Assembly (NCBI GenBank): GCA_947625025.1
Contig: CANQMQ010000007.1
Coordinates: forward strand, 14,117 to 78,116
Direction: 5' to 3'
Length of the DNA stretch: 64,000 bases
Source of the DNA: an uncultured Clostridia bacterium
GTDB taxonomy: Bacteria > Bacillota > Clostridia > Christensenellales > Borkfalkiaceae
The notes beneath the pieces are model-generated. The model did not search any database, was not told the DNA's origin, and saw only the letters and a list, made by a program, of their open reading frames with translations. The translations under genes and the position numbers were made by a program. This document shows positions 48,251-56,442 of the stretch, piece by piece. Positions within the stretch are counted from its first letter, which is position 1; each line of letters begins with the position of its first letter.

Positions 48251-48369
48251 GAAAGACGACGAACAAGACGGAAAACGCGAACGAGACCAAGAACGTCAAG
48301 AACGTGAAGAACGCCAAGAGTTCCAAGACCTGCGGCAAGAGCAGCAGGAGCACGAAGGACTGCGGCTAA
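48247..48369 (+). CDS. 40-codon Lys/Asn-rich sORF coupled to rbr
   Basis: MRKTTNKTENANETKNVKNVKNAKSSKTCGKSSRSTKDCG. AAGGAG RBS 5 nt upstream. ATGA overlap with the rbr stop. Below the track cutoff. Confidence 0.4.
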   Translation: MRKTTNKTENANETKNVKNVKNAKSSKTCGKSSRSTKDCG

Positions 48370-48370
48370 C

Positions 48371-48496
48371 ATGCGCCGCAGGAAGACCGCGCTCCGAAAG
48401 GGTGCGGACATGCGCTCGGAGGAAGATGTGCTCGGAAGTTATACGGGAATCGGCAAAAACCGAGAAGATCCCACACAAGACGCAGACGATCTCTGA
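48371..48496 (+). CDS. 41-codon sORF (basic N-terminus, acidic C-terminus ...GSYTG...PTQDADDL)
   Basis: MRRRKTALRKGADMRSEEDVLGSYTGIGKNREDPTQDADDL. Starts 1 nt after the previous stop and is followed by the operon terminator. Confidence 0.35.
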   Translation: MRRRKTALRKGADMRSEEDVLGSYTGIGKNREDPTQDADDL

Positions 48497-48500
48497 GCAG

Positions 48501-48535
48501 GGGGAGCAGAAAAGTTGATTTTCTGCTCCTTTTTC
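48501..48535 (+). terminator. intrinsic terminator
   Basis: GGAGCAGAAAA-loop-TTTTCTGCTCC followed by TTTTT. Confidence 0.8.
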
Positions 48536-48644
48536 GTTGTAATCTTCCCCAAACTGTGGTATAATATAGATGAAATCATAGCGACTACGCATTTATCCAT
48601 GGGCGGCATCCCCTGCCGCCATACCGTTTTGTGAGGTAATCAGA

Positions 48645-50015
48645 ATGAAGAAAAAATTTACGGCGCTCTTGCTCTCCGCCCTGCTCCTCCTTTCGTTGGG
48701 GCTGCTCTCCTCGTGCGAGTTGCAGCTCTTCAGCCCTACGAATGATGAGAGCTTCCCTTCGGATACCCGCGGAGGCGATGGCTCCCGCGAGAGCTGGCTC
48801 GCCGCACTCGAGAATCCCACCACCACCCAGCGCCGCCTCTATGAGGAGGCCTTGGAGGATGGCTCCTTTACGGGTACCTACCTCGAATTCCTTGAGACGC
48901 TCGGCGTAGAGGAAGATCCCGAGACGGCGGTAAACACCGCCCTCCGCTCCACCGTAAGCATCTTTGCGGGCTTCTCCCCCGCGAGCGGAAGCGCCTACAC
49001 GAGCGCGGGCGCGGGCGTCATTTATTCCCTCGATCCTTCGAAGGGCGATGCCCTCATCGTAACCAACTACCACGTCGTTTACAGCTCCAAGAGCAAGGGC
49101 AATGAACAGCCCGTCCCCCACATCAGCAACGACATCGCCGTCTACCTCTACGGCCAACAGGTGGAGAGCCGCGCCATCTCCGCTACCTACCTCGGCGGGG
49201 CGATGGAGTACGACATCGCCGTCCTCAAAGTGACGGGGAGCGACATCCTGAAGGAGACCCAAGATCACCCCGTCTATGCGACGGAGGTCGTTGCGGCGGA
49301 TTCGGATAGCCTCACGATCGGGGAAAAGGTGTACGCCGTAGGCAATCCCGAAGCGGAGGGGCTCTCCGCCACCGAGGGCGTTGTCTCCTTAGACGCGGAA
49401 TACATCGACATCATGACCGCCGATGATAAGGGCACGGTCTCCCTCCTTGAGATCCGTACGGATGCCGCCGTCAACCACGGCAATTCGGGCGGGGGGCTCT
49501 ACAACGCTTCGGGCAAGCTCATCGGCATCGTGAATGCGAGGGATGAGGAATCGGGCGTCGTCGGGTTCGGCTATGCCATCCCCTCCAACCTCGCCCTGTC
49601 CCTCGCGCAGAACATCATCGATACCTGCAATGCTACGGAAACTGCGCACGGCGGTTCGCTTGCAAGGCTCGGGATCACCACCCGTACGGAGGATTCGGAC
49701 GGCATTTTCGATACGCAGACGGGGAAGTATTATATCGAGGAGAGCGTCGGCGTATTCGAGGCCTCCTATGGGCAGGCGGCGTATACGGCGGGCGTGCGCA
49801 CGGGGGATACCATCGTCTCCGCAAAGCTCACTTCCTCCCGCAGCGGGGCGCCCTATACGCGGGAAGTCGCGGTGACCCGCCTCCACAAACTCACCAACCT
49901 GCTCTTTGAAGTGCGCCTCGGCGATACGCTTGAACTTACAGTCTCCCGCGCGGGCGAACTCAAGACGTTCACGGTGGATTACTCCAACAGCGCGTACTTT
50001 ATCGCATTGAACTGA
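48645..50015 (+). CDS. S1C (HtrA/DegP-like) serine protease lipoprotein with C-terminal PDZ-like region
   Basis: Lipobox GLLSSC. Catalytic His in VTNYHVV, Asp in EYDIAVLKV, Ser in VNHGNSGGGLYN. Confidence 0.8.
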   Translation: MKKKFTALLLSALLLLSLGLLSSCELQLFSPTNDESFPSDTRGGDGSRESWLAALENPTTTQRRLYEEALEDGSFTGTYLEFLETLGVEEDPETAVNTALRSTVSIFAGFSPASGSAYTSAGAGVIYSLDPSKGDALIVTNYHVVYSSKSKGNEQPVPHISNDIAVYLYGQQVESRAISATYLGGAMEYDIAVLKVTGSDILKETQDHPVYATEVVAADSDSLTIGEKVYAVGNPEAEGLSATEGVVSLDAEYIDIMTADDKGTVSLLEIRTDAAVNHGNSGGGLYNASGKLIGIVNARDEESGVVGFGYAIPSNLALSLAQNIIDTCNATETAHGGSLARLGITTRTEDSDGIFDTQTGKYYIEESVGVFEASYGQAAYTAGVRTGDTIVSAKLTSSRSGAPYTREVAVTRLHKLTNLLFEVRLGDTLELTVSRAGELKTFTVDYSNSAYFIALN

Positions 50016-50033
50016 ATTTTAAGTAGAAGTGGG

Positions 50034-50070
50034 GCCGCGGGCTCCCGCTTTACGGGAGCCCGCGGCTTTT
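50034..50070 (+). terminator. intrinsic terminator
   Basis: GCCGCGGGCTCCCG-CTTTA-CGGGAGCCCGCGGC followed by TTTT. Confidence 0.85.
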
Positions 50071-50125
50071 ATCGTTGATTTTTCATAAACCGACAGTTGA
50101 TTGCAAGAAAAAATCCCAAAAGCGC

Positions 50126-50154
50126 TTGACAGCCGCGCGGATATCGGGTATAAT
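50126..50154 (+). promoter_or_regulatory. sigma-70-type promoter of tRNA-Gly
   Basis: TTGACA-17 nt-TATAAT (consensus), 11 nt before the tRNA 5' end. Confidence 0.75.
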
Positions 50155-50165
50155 AAACTTACGAT

Positions 50166-50240
50166 GCAGGAATCGCCTAGCGGTATGGCGCCAGCTTCCC
50201 AAGCTGGTTCCGGCGGGTTCGACTCCCGTTTCCTGCTCCA
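50166..50240 (+). tRNA. tRNA-Gly (anticodon CCC)
   Basis: Acceptor GCAGGAA/TTCCTGC. Anticodon stem CCAGC/GCTGG with loop TTCCCAA. T arm GCGGG-TTCGACT-CCCGT. Encoded CCA. Confidence 0.85.
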
Positions 50241-50300
50241 TAAACAAACGGTGCTCTCTAAGGGCATCGTTTGTTTATATATTTGGGAGAGGGACAAGAA

Positions 50301-50597
50301 ATGTTTTTTTATGAAAAAGAGAACAACGGCTTTATCGCGTTGGTGAAATTCATCGATAAGCAATACAGCAAGAAGACGATTTCAGGCTGTACATTCCGCT
50401 TCGTGTACGAGAGCAAGGTCGTTGAAGCAAAGTATGATACGATGTTTGAATCGGATAACGGCGAGGAAATGGATTCGCCCGAATACGATGAGTATAATGC
50501 CATGCTGTTTGAAAATCTTGAAACGCATGAACTCTTTGAGGTCAATTACAAAACTCTGCCCATCGAACTCTATTGTAACGGCGAAAGGCTCCTTTAA
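50301..50597 (+). CDS. 98-aa acidic protein, function unknown, low-GC
   Basis: MFFYEKENNGFIALVKF.... GGGAGAGGG RBS. About 40 percent GC by hand count. Start at 50301, not track start 50271. Confidence 0.55.
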   Translation: MFFYEKENNGFIALVKFIDKQYSKKTISGCTFRFVYESKVVEAKYDTMFESDNGEEMDSPEYDEYNAMLFENLETHELFEVNYKTLPIELYCNGERLL

Positions 50598-50620
50598 GAA
50601 GTGAGGAGCCTTTCGTTTGC
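50584..50620 (+). terminator. intrinsic terminator overlapping the stop codon
   Basis: AAAGGCTCCT-loop-AGGAGCCTTT followed by CGTTTGCTTTGTTT. Confidence 0.65.
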
Positions 50621-50640
50621 TTTGTTTGACTTGACATGTT

Positions 50641-50850
50641 TGAGAAGCCTCGTTCTCTCGCCCTCGCTTCGCTCGGGCTACTTCGTCGCTACGCTCCTCG
50701 TGCCGCCGCAATGGCAGCAGAATCAGAAGCGGCGTTCGGAATGAGGATGAGGGCGGAACTTCGGGATGGGGAGAGAGTATTATAAGGGGGAGGGCGAATG
50801 CCTGTCATTTCGAATGCTCCATTCCCTCGCCTCATTCTTCTCGTGCGGGA
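50641..50850. repeat. modular palindromic repeat locus R7
   Basis: S4 variant (GCTACTTCGTCGCTACGCTCCTCGTGCCGCCGCAATGGCAGCAGAATCAGAAGCGGCG), G-rich S5, and partial S1 (GTCATTTCGAATGC). Confidence 0.8.
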
Positions 50851-50861
50851 ACGCCGTGAGG

Positions 50862-52169
50862 TTACCCCCCCCCGTGCGGGTTCGGGTTTTCCACATCGCT
50901 CTGCTTGGTGCGGGAGAGGGCGAGGCGGTAGATCTCTTCGGTGGCGTAGGAGATCTTGGTGAGCTGATCGCGTAGCCCTACGGGGTGCAGCCAATAGCTA
51001 TCCTCCACCGTAGAGATATCGATGCAGTCCCCGAATACGTTCTCCCTGTACTTCTTCTTGCGGAAGGGGTAATCGTATTCGATGTGTACGCTCTCGAGCT
51101 CGGTCCCCGCCCAAGTGAGGGTTACGGGTTTTCCGTATGCCGTGCAGGTGAGGGTGGTCCCCTCGATGCTCTGGGTGAGCCTGCCCCTGCCCTGATCGCA
51201 GAACTTCTTTGCATTGGGGAGGGTGTGCACGGTGACTTCGCAGTCCAAGAAATACTGCCCGCTCTCCACTTCCCTTCTTACATTCTCCCGTTCCCACTTC
51301 GCCCAATCGGGGATATAGCGGAACTCGGTCTCCCCGTCCTCTGCGGAGAGTTCGGAGAGCTCGCTCATCGTCCATACCTTTCCGCATGCGGCGCACCGGA
51401 GTTTTGTGCCCTCCGAGTGCATCTCGAACTCCTTCTTGCAGTGCGGGCACTGATAGAGGAGGCTGTGCAGCCCGTCCGCGCGGTGCGGGCTTCTAAGGCG
51501 GATGCCGTATTCCCGCTGATAGGCGTAATCATCCCGCTGCAACTTGCTCTGGATACGGGCATCGAGCTCTGCCGTGGAGAGCGTCTGCGTCTCCTCCGCG
51601 GTGGCGATACATTCAAGCTCCGCCCTTAAGGGGATGTTCTGCTCGGGCTTATTCCACTGCGGGGCGGCGATGAAGGTGCCGTACATCCGAAGCGCCACGA
51701 CGGGCACTTTGAGGAGCCTGCACATCTTGGCAACCGCTTCGGGAATATAGGACGTGGTGCCATCCAAGGAGTAGCGGGCTTCGGGATACATACACACGAT
51801 GCTCCCGTATCGATCGACGCAGTGCTTCATGTTGCGGACGAGGCGCAAGTCCTTCACAAACTTTCTCGTGCAGATACAGCCGAGGCTGCGCATGAGGCCG
51901 TCCCCCACGTCCCTGACGGCATCGATCGCAACGACGTTGTTGGCATTGTGCGGGGAGACCGCGACGTACATGAGCGGGAAATCCAACATGCTCGCATGGG
52001 TCGCAAGCAAAAAATAGGGCGGTTTGATGCCGTCCATTCCCATCTTTACCACCGTGGTTTTCTTGCCGCGGAGGCGGGGGTAGATCGCAAGGAGCCGCGC
52101 AAGCATCATCAGAAAGGGGTTTGCCCTGCGCGGTTTGCGTGAAAAATCGTAGTGCCGTATTTCTTTCAT
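50862..52169 (-). CDS. lysophospholipid (PlsC-family) acyltransferase with C-terminal zinc-ribbon-containing domain
   Basis: HxxxxD box THASMLD, then YPEARYS. CPHCKKEF...LRCAACG ribbon. The gene ends ...PHGGG on a G9 tract. Confidence 0.7.
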   Translation of the reverse strand: MKEIRHYDFSRKPRRANPFLMMLARLLAIYPRLRGKKTTVVKMGMDGIKPPYFLLATHASMLDFPLMYVAVSPHNANNVVAIDAVRDVGDGLMRSLGCICTRKFVKDLRLVRNMKHCVDRYGSIVCMYPEARYSLDGTTSYIPEAVAKMCRLLKVPVVALRMYGTFIAAPQWNKPEQNIPLRAELECIATAEETQTLSTAELDARIQSKLQRDDYAYQREYGIRLRSPHRADGLHSLLYQCPHCKKEFEMHSEGTKLRCAACGKVWTMSELSELSAEDGETEFRYIPDWAKWERENVRREVESGQYFLDCEVTVHTLPNAKKFCDQGRGRLTQSIEGTTLTCTAYGKPVTLTWAGTELESVHIEYDYPFRKKKYRENVFGDCIDISTVEDSYWLHPVGLRDQLTKISYATEEIYRLALSRTKQSDVENPNPHGGG

Positions 52170-52192
52170 GTCTCAATTCTCCCGTAACTTGA

Positions 52193-52221
52193 TTATACAA
52201 TACGGGCGGGGATTTGTCAAG
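52193..52221 (-). promoter_or_regulatory. sigma-70-type promoter
   Basis: Minus strand reads TTGACA-17 nt-TATAAT (consensus). Confidence 0.7.
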
Positions 52222-52233
52222 ACCTTTCACAAA

Positions 52234-52827
52234 TCAGAGGAGCCCCTCGAGGAGGATTTTTATCCCGATGCCGATGAGCACGGCTCCCCCGAAAATTTCA
52301 GCCTTATCCGCAAAGCGGTTGCCCGCCTTCTTGCCGATAAATACGGCAACGACAGAGAGCGTAAACGTGACGACGCCAATCAAAACCGAGCACCAGACTG
52401 CGGACATGGGTAGGCCTTCCGACGTCTCCACCGCCAAAAAGGTGATGCCTACCGCAAGCGCATCGATGCTCGTTGCCACCGCCTGCAAAAGGAGCTTGCC
52501 CGCCCCGATGTTCCCCCGCGGAGGCGGCTCCTCCCCCCGCTTCTTTGCCCGCATCTCCCCGATGCCGTCTGCCATGCCCTTTACGCCGATGAGAAGGAGC
52601 AAGAAAAAGGAGAGCCAAGGGGCAATTTTTTGCACGAGGAAGGAGAGGGTATACCCGAAATAGTAGCCCAAAACGGGCATTCCGAATTGGAACAGCCCGA
52701 AGAGCCCCGCAACGAGGGCCACCTTCCACCCCTTCATGTTGGGCTCCACCATGCCATCCGTGAGGCTTGCGGCGAAGGCATCCATCGCGAGTGCCACGCC
52801 GATCAACAAAACTTCCCAAATCTCCAT
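52234..52827 (-). CDS. mntP: manganese efflux pump MntP
   Basis: LLIGVALAMDAFAASLTDG and ATSIDALAVGITF are the duplicated MntP/DUF204 motifs. Start at MEIWEV (52827). Confidence 0.85.
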   Translation of the reverse strand: MEIWEVLLIGVALAMDAFAASLTDGMVEPNMKGWKVALVAGLFGLFQFGMPVLGYYFGYTLSFLVQKIAPWLSFFLLLLIGVKGMADGIGEMRAKKRGEEPPPRGNIGAGKLLLQAVATSIDALAVGITFLAVETSEGLPMSAVWCSVLIGVVTFTLSVVAVFIGKKAGNRFADKAEIFGGAVLIGIGIKILLEGLL

Positions 52828-52838
52828 GTTTCTCCGAT

Positions 52839-52966
52839 AAAAAAAGAGACTTCGCACGGAAAAATCCGTGCATAAGTCTCACCGATTGAGGCAGAACCCG
52901 CGCTTTTTTCGCGCAATGTGTGGACGCTGCCGCTCTTGAAGAGCCGATTACTCCCCTATGACATTG
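52839..52966 (-). promoter_or_regulatory. yybP-ykoY (Mn2+) riboswitch with terminator expression platform
   Basis: The leader carries the conserved GGGGAGTA box (52956..52949) and a GAGAC box. It ends in hairpin GAGACTT.GCACGGA-TTTTT-TCCGTGCGAAGTCTC plus T7. The regulated gene is mntP. Confidence 0.7.
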
Positions 52967-52968
52967 GA

Positions 52969-52997
52969 ATTGTACCATATCCTATGGGCGCTGTCAA
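52969..52997 (-). promoter_or_regulatory. sigma-70-type promoter of the riboswitch-mntP unit
   Basis: Minus strand reads TTGACA-17 nt-TACAAT. Confidence 0.7.
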
Positions 52998-53002
52998 TGA
53001 AT

Positions 53003-53257
53003 TTATGCGTCTTTTGGCAGGATCCGTAAAATTTCCCTTGCATGCTTTACGGATACGGGCGCCGTCTGCCCCGTACACACTTCCGTTTTCAGCACAATTC
53101 CTACCCGTTCCCCGCCCGAGAAGGGCACTGCGACCTTGTCTCCCGCCTCGACGCGGAAGGGGGCGATGTACCAATAGGGCATGCCCTCCACATCCACCTT
53201 GGCGAAGAGGATATCCGAATAGGTGGTGAGCACGCCTCCGCTCATCGAATGGATCAT
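53003..53257 (-). CDS. 84-aa protein, function unknown
   Basis: AAGGAGGAAG RBS, 10 nt after cls. The VAVPFSGGERVGIVL stretch is reminiscent of the PriA N-terminal beta-barrel. No family assigned. Confidence 0.55.
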   Translation of the reverse strand: MIHSMSGGVLTTYSDILFAKVDVEGMPYWYIAPFRVEAGDKVAVPFSGGERVGIVLKTEVCTGQTAPVSVKHAREILRILPKDA

Positions 53258-53266
53258 ACTTCCTCC

Positions 53267-54844
53267 TTAAAAGAGCGGGGCGAAGATCTTTGCGATTTCG
53301 CAGATCCACCGCCACACCACGGATTTCTTCGCATCGTCCTCCGTCTGCAGGGCAGAGATCTTCCACGTCGCCTCGAGGTCCTCCTCGAGTTCGCCCACCG
53401 CTTGTGCCCCGTAGAGGAGCACCGCATCCTCGAAGTGGAAGAGGAAGGAGCGGTAATCGAGGTTGACGGTGCCGATGGTCGCCACCTTGCTATCCGCAAG
53501 GAAGAGCTTTGCGTGCACGAAGCCCGGCGTGTATTCGTATACCTTCACGCCCCCCTTGATGAGGGCGAGGTAGTTGGAGCGGGTGAGGGCGAAGGGCACC
53601 TTCTTATCGGGGATGTGCGGCGTCAAGATACGCACATCCACCCCCCGCTTGGCGGCGAGCACCAAAGCCTCCCGCATGCGGTAATCGATGATGAGGTAGG
53701 GCGTCGTGATCCACAGCTTTTCGGTGGCGGCGTTGATGACGTTGATGTATACGTCCTCCGCAAGATGTGCCCCGTACATGGCGGCGGGGCCATCCCCGTA
53801 GGGCTGAACGAAGCCCTGCTCCCCGAAATCCTCATAGGATGCGGGAACGTACTCCGAAAAGTCCTCCGCCCTTCTGGTCTGCATGCCGTACAGCCGCAAG
53901 AAGAGAAGGAGCAAGCTCTTCACGCCCTCCCCCTCGAGGCGGACCGCCGCATCCTTCCAATGTCCGAAGGGGTGCACGGCATTGATGTATTCATCGGCGA
54001 GGTTGAGCCCTCCCGTGTAGCCCACCTTCCCGTCAATGACGGCGATCTTTCTGTGGTCGCGGTTGTTGTGGACGTTGGTGACGACGGGCACGAAGGGATT
54101 GAACTTCACGCAGTCTATCCCCTTCTTGCGTAGGGTACGGTGGTAGTACATGTGAATTTTACTCATGCAGCCGATGTCGTCGTACATGACCCGCACTTCG
54201 ACGCCCTCTTTCACCTTGCGCTCCAACACTTCGAGGATGGAATTCCAACATGCCCCCCGCTCGATGATGAAGTATTCGAGGAAGATGTACTTCTCCGCCC
54301 GCTCCAAATCGGCGAGGAAGGCCTCGAGGAAGGTCTCGCCCGAGGGGAAGTACTGCGTCTTGGTGCCCTTGTAGACGACGGCGGAGGGGCTCGCCGTAGA
54401 GAGCGCTTCAAACACCTGCGCCCACTCCCCCGCGCTATTCTTCAACATCTCTTTGGAGACCGCCCGCCCTTCGAAGGGGGCCGCCTGCGCATTGAGCGCC
54501 GTATACAGCTTGCGGGAACGCCTCGAAGGCTTATGCGAGGAGAACATGATGTAAATGACCGCCCCGAAGATGTTGAGCCCGACGATGCACAAGATCCACG
54601 GGATCTTGGTCTCGGGCACCATGTCTCGGTTGGCGGCATGGAGCACGGTAATGACGACGATGAGCCAGCTCAAGACGGTGAGCCCCGCACTCACATACAG
54701 TTCGGAGTTGGGGAACGCCTTCACGATGCCGAAGTAAGTAAACACCACCGCCGCCACGATGGCCGTCACGAAGATCAGAAAGAGCAGGATGATCGTGAGC
54801 GCTACAATGGAGAACCGACTGAAAATTTTCTTGAGAAGTTTCAT
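53267..54844 (-). CDS. cls: cardiolipin synthase
   Basis: Two N-terminal TM helices and two HKD motifs (HRKIAVIDG, HAKLFLADS). Start at 54844 (ATGA overlap with the upstream stop). Confidence 0.9.
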   Translation of the reverse strand: MKLLKKIFSRFSIVALTIILLFLIFVTAIVAAVVFTYFGIVKAFPNSELYVSAGLTVLSWLIVVITVLHAANRDMVPETKIPWILCIVGLNIFGAVIYIMFSSHKPSRRSRKLYTALNAQAAPFEGRAVSKEMLKNSAGEWAQVFEALSTASPSAVVYKGTKTQYFPSGETFLEAFLADLERAEKYIFLEYFIIERGACWNSILEVLERKVKEGVEVRVMYDDIGCMSKIHMYYHRTLRKKGIDCVKFNPFVPVVTNVHNNRDHRKIAVIDGKVGYTGGLNLADEYINAVHPFGHWKDAAVRLEGEGVKSLLLLFLRLYGMQTRRAEDFSEYVPASYEDFGEQGFVQPYGDGPAAMYGAHLAEDVYINVINAATEKLWITTPYLIIDYRMREALVLAAKRGVDVRILTPHIPDKKVPFALTRSNYLALIKGGVKVYEYTPGFVHAKLFLADSKVATIGTVNLDYRSFLFHFEDAVLLYGAQAVGELEEDLEATWKISALQTEDDAKKSVVWRWICEIAKIFAPLF

Positions 54845-55878
54845 TCCGACCTCGTATACACCGTACAGCCGCACGGTGCCGTTGTTTTTTGATATTCACC
54901 GCCGAGCGAAACCTCGCGGGGCGTATGCACGAGTTTTGGCCTGATGCCGTAGAAGGCATCGGGAGCGATGTCTAAAGGGTCCAGCCCGCACACATCGATC
55001 TGCTCCACAAAAGGGCACCCGTAAAAACAGGAGGAAACGAGCTTGCCGCCCGTAATTTTTACGGATCTGAGGCTAACGGGTACGAAATAGCCATCGGAGT
55101 CCGCAAAGAGGATGGCGAATTCCCCATTCGCATGCCCGTCCCCCGCAAAGGGCACGGTGAGCGTCTCGAGCTTATTACACATGCGGAGGGCGCCCATATC
55201 GGCGAAGTCGTATGTAAGGCTTAAAGCTGTGCTTTCAGGCTCTGCCGCGATGAGCCGCCGCCCGCCCGCAGTGGCAAGGAGGAGGGCGCCATTTGTAACG
55301 GAGTAGGGCGCCGCGGCCTCGAGGCGTACCTTCCTGCCTATCAAATCGGAGGCGGTTACGGTGCCGCCGCGGATCTCCAACACTTCGGCGTTCGGAAGAT
55401 AGCCCGACGGGAGGGTGCCGTCGAGGAGCACGATGCGCTTCGCCCCCGCATTCTCCCCCCTCACGATGCCGCCCGCATAGCGGAAGGGCTCGCCCGCGTA
55501 GTACACCGTATCCGCATAGGCGCGCAGGAGCGCCGCCCTGCCGAGGCGGGTCGCCCCGCCCACGTTGAGGGTGATAAGCTCTAAGAGGGAGCCATGGTTG
55601 AGGGTCTCCACCGCCGCCCGCACGGCCGTATCCTGCACGGTGCCCAAGTTTCCTTCACGGCTTAAGAGGATATCCCCCTCCGCGGTCACCCCTTCGAGCA
55701 GGGCAAAGGCTTCCGCATAGGAGATGTGCTCCCCGTATCCCCCGAAGTCTGCAAGGTACTCCTCCTCCGCCCCCACTTCCTTCGGGAAGGGCAAAAAGAG
55801 GGTGAGGGCGCTTGCGCAGGCGATGAGGACAGAGCAGGCGATGCCCGCCGCCCGTTTTACCGTTTCCCTTACTCCCAT
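54841..55878 (-). CDS. 345-aa N-terminally anchored protein, possibly BspA-like leucine-rich repeats
   Basis: Anchor AAGIACSVLIACASALTLF. Degenerate L..L.[IV]P repeats. Family assignment is weak. Confidence 0.5.
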   Translation of the reverse strand: MGVRETVKRAAGIACSVLIACASALTLFLPFPKEVGAEEEYLADFGGYGEHISYAEAFALLEGVTAEGDILLSREGNLGTVQDTAVRAAVETLNHGSLLELITLNVGGATRLGRAALLRAYADTVYYAGEPFRYAGGIVRGENAGAKRIVLLDGTLPSGYLPNAEVLEIRGGTVTASDLIGRKVRLEAAAPYSVTNGALLLATAGGRRLIAAEPESTALSLTYDFADMGALRMCNKLETLTVPFAGDGHANGEFAILFADSDGYFVPVSLRSVKITGGKLVSSCFYGCPFVEQIDVCGLDPLDIAPDAFYGIRPKLVHTPREVSLGGEYQKTTAPCGCTVYTRSE

Positions 55879-56363
55879 TTGAGTCTGTGGAGGCTCCCCG
55901 CCCCCTGTAATCCTTCAAATCGATGTTGGCGGAACCCCTCGTAGACGGCGATGGCGACGCTGTTGGAGAGGTTGAGGGAGCGGATGTCCCCGAGCATCGG
56001 GATGCGGACGCACCGCTCCCTGTGCTTCACGAGCAATTCTTCGGGCAGGCCCGCCGTCTCCTTGCCGAATACGAGCGCACAGCCATCCCCGAAGCGGACA
56101 TCGGTATACCGCTTTTCGGCCTTCGTGGTGAAAAAGTATGCCTCCCCGATGCCATTTAGGGCCTCTTCAAGGCTGTTATGGATACGGACATCGGCGTACT
56201 GCCAATAATCGAGCCCCGCCCGCTTCAAGTATTTATCGGAGATCTCGAAGCCCAAGGGGCGCACGAGGTGCAGGATACACCCCGTTGCGGCGCAGGTGCG
56301 GGCGATGTTGCCCGCATTCTGCGGAATTTCGGGCTCGACGAGGACGACGTGAAAGATTGCCAT
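55869..56363 (-). CDS. trmL: tRNA (cytidine/uridine-2'-O-)-methyltransferase TrmL (SpoU family)
   Basis: HVVLVEPEIPQNAGNIARTCAATGC.LHLVRPLGF...KRAGLDYW...SLNLSNSVAI. Start at MAIFHVV (56363). Confidence 0.88.
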   Translation of the reverse strand: MAIFHVVLVEPEIPQNAGNIARTCAATGCILHLVRPLGFEISDKYLKRAGLDYWQYADVRIHNSLEEALNGIGEAYFFTTKAEKRYTDVRFGDGCALVFGKETAGLPEELLVKHRERCVRIPMLGDIRSLNLSNSVAIAVYEGFRQHRFEGLQGAGSLHRLKWE

Positions 56364-56370
56364 GGTCCAC

Positions 56371-56399
56371 AGTATAGCACATTTCTTCTGAAATAGCAA
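56371..56399 (-). promoter_or_regulatory. sigma-70-type promoter of trmL
   Basis: Minus strand reads TTGCTA-17 nt-TATACT. Confidence 0.5.
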
Positions 56400-56442
56400 G
56401 AGCGGCGGGAAAACCCACCGCTCTTTTTTGTAATTTTCACAA

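Noticed and set aside
47949-48518. 189-aa + strand ORF overlapping the rbr 3' end and the downstream region.
   Set aside because: It is an R/E/Q/G low-complexity translation that starts inside rbr in another frame. The other two frames give SD-coupled sORFs ending before the terminator.
56399-56430. Hairpin GAGCGGCGGG-AAAA-CCCACCGCTC with a T6 run on the + strand, which looks like a + strand terminator.
   Set aside because: No + strand gene ends upstream of it. It lies just downstream of minus-strand ypeB and overlaps the trmL -35 box. Most likely it is the ypeB terminator (weak U tract on that strand). The call was too ambiguous to list as a feature.
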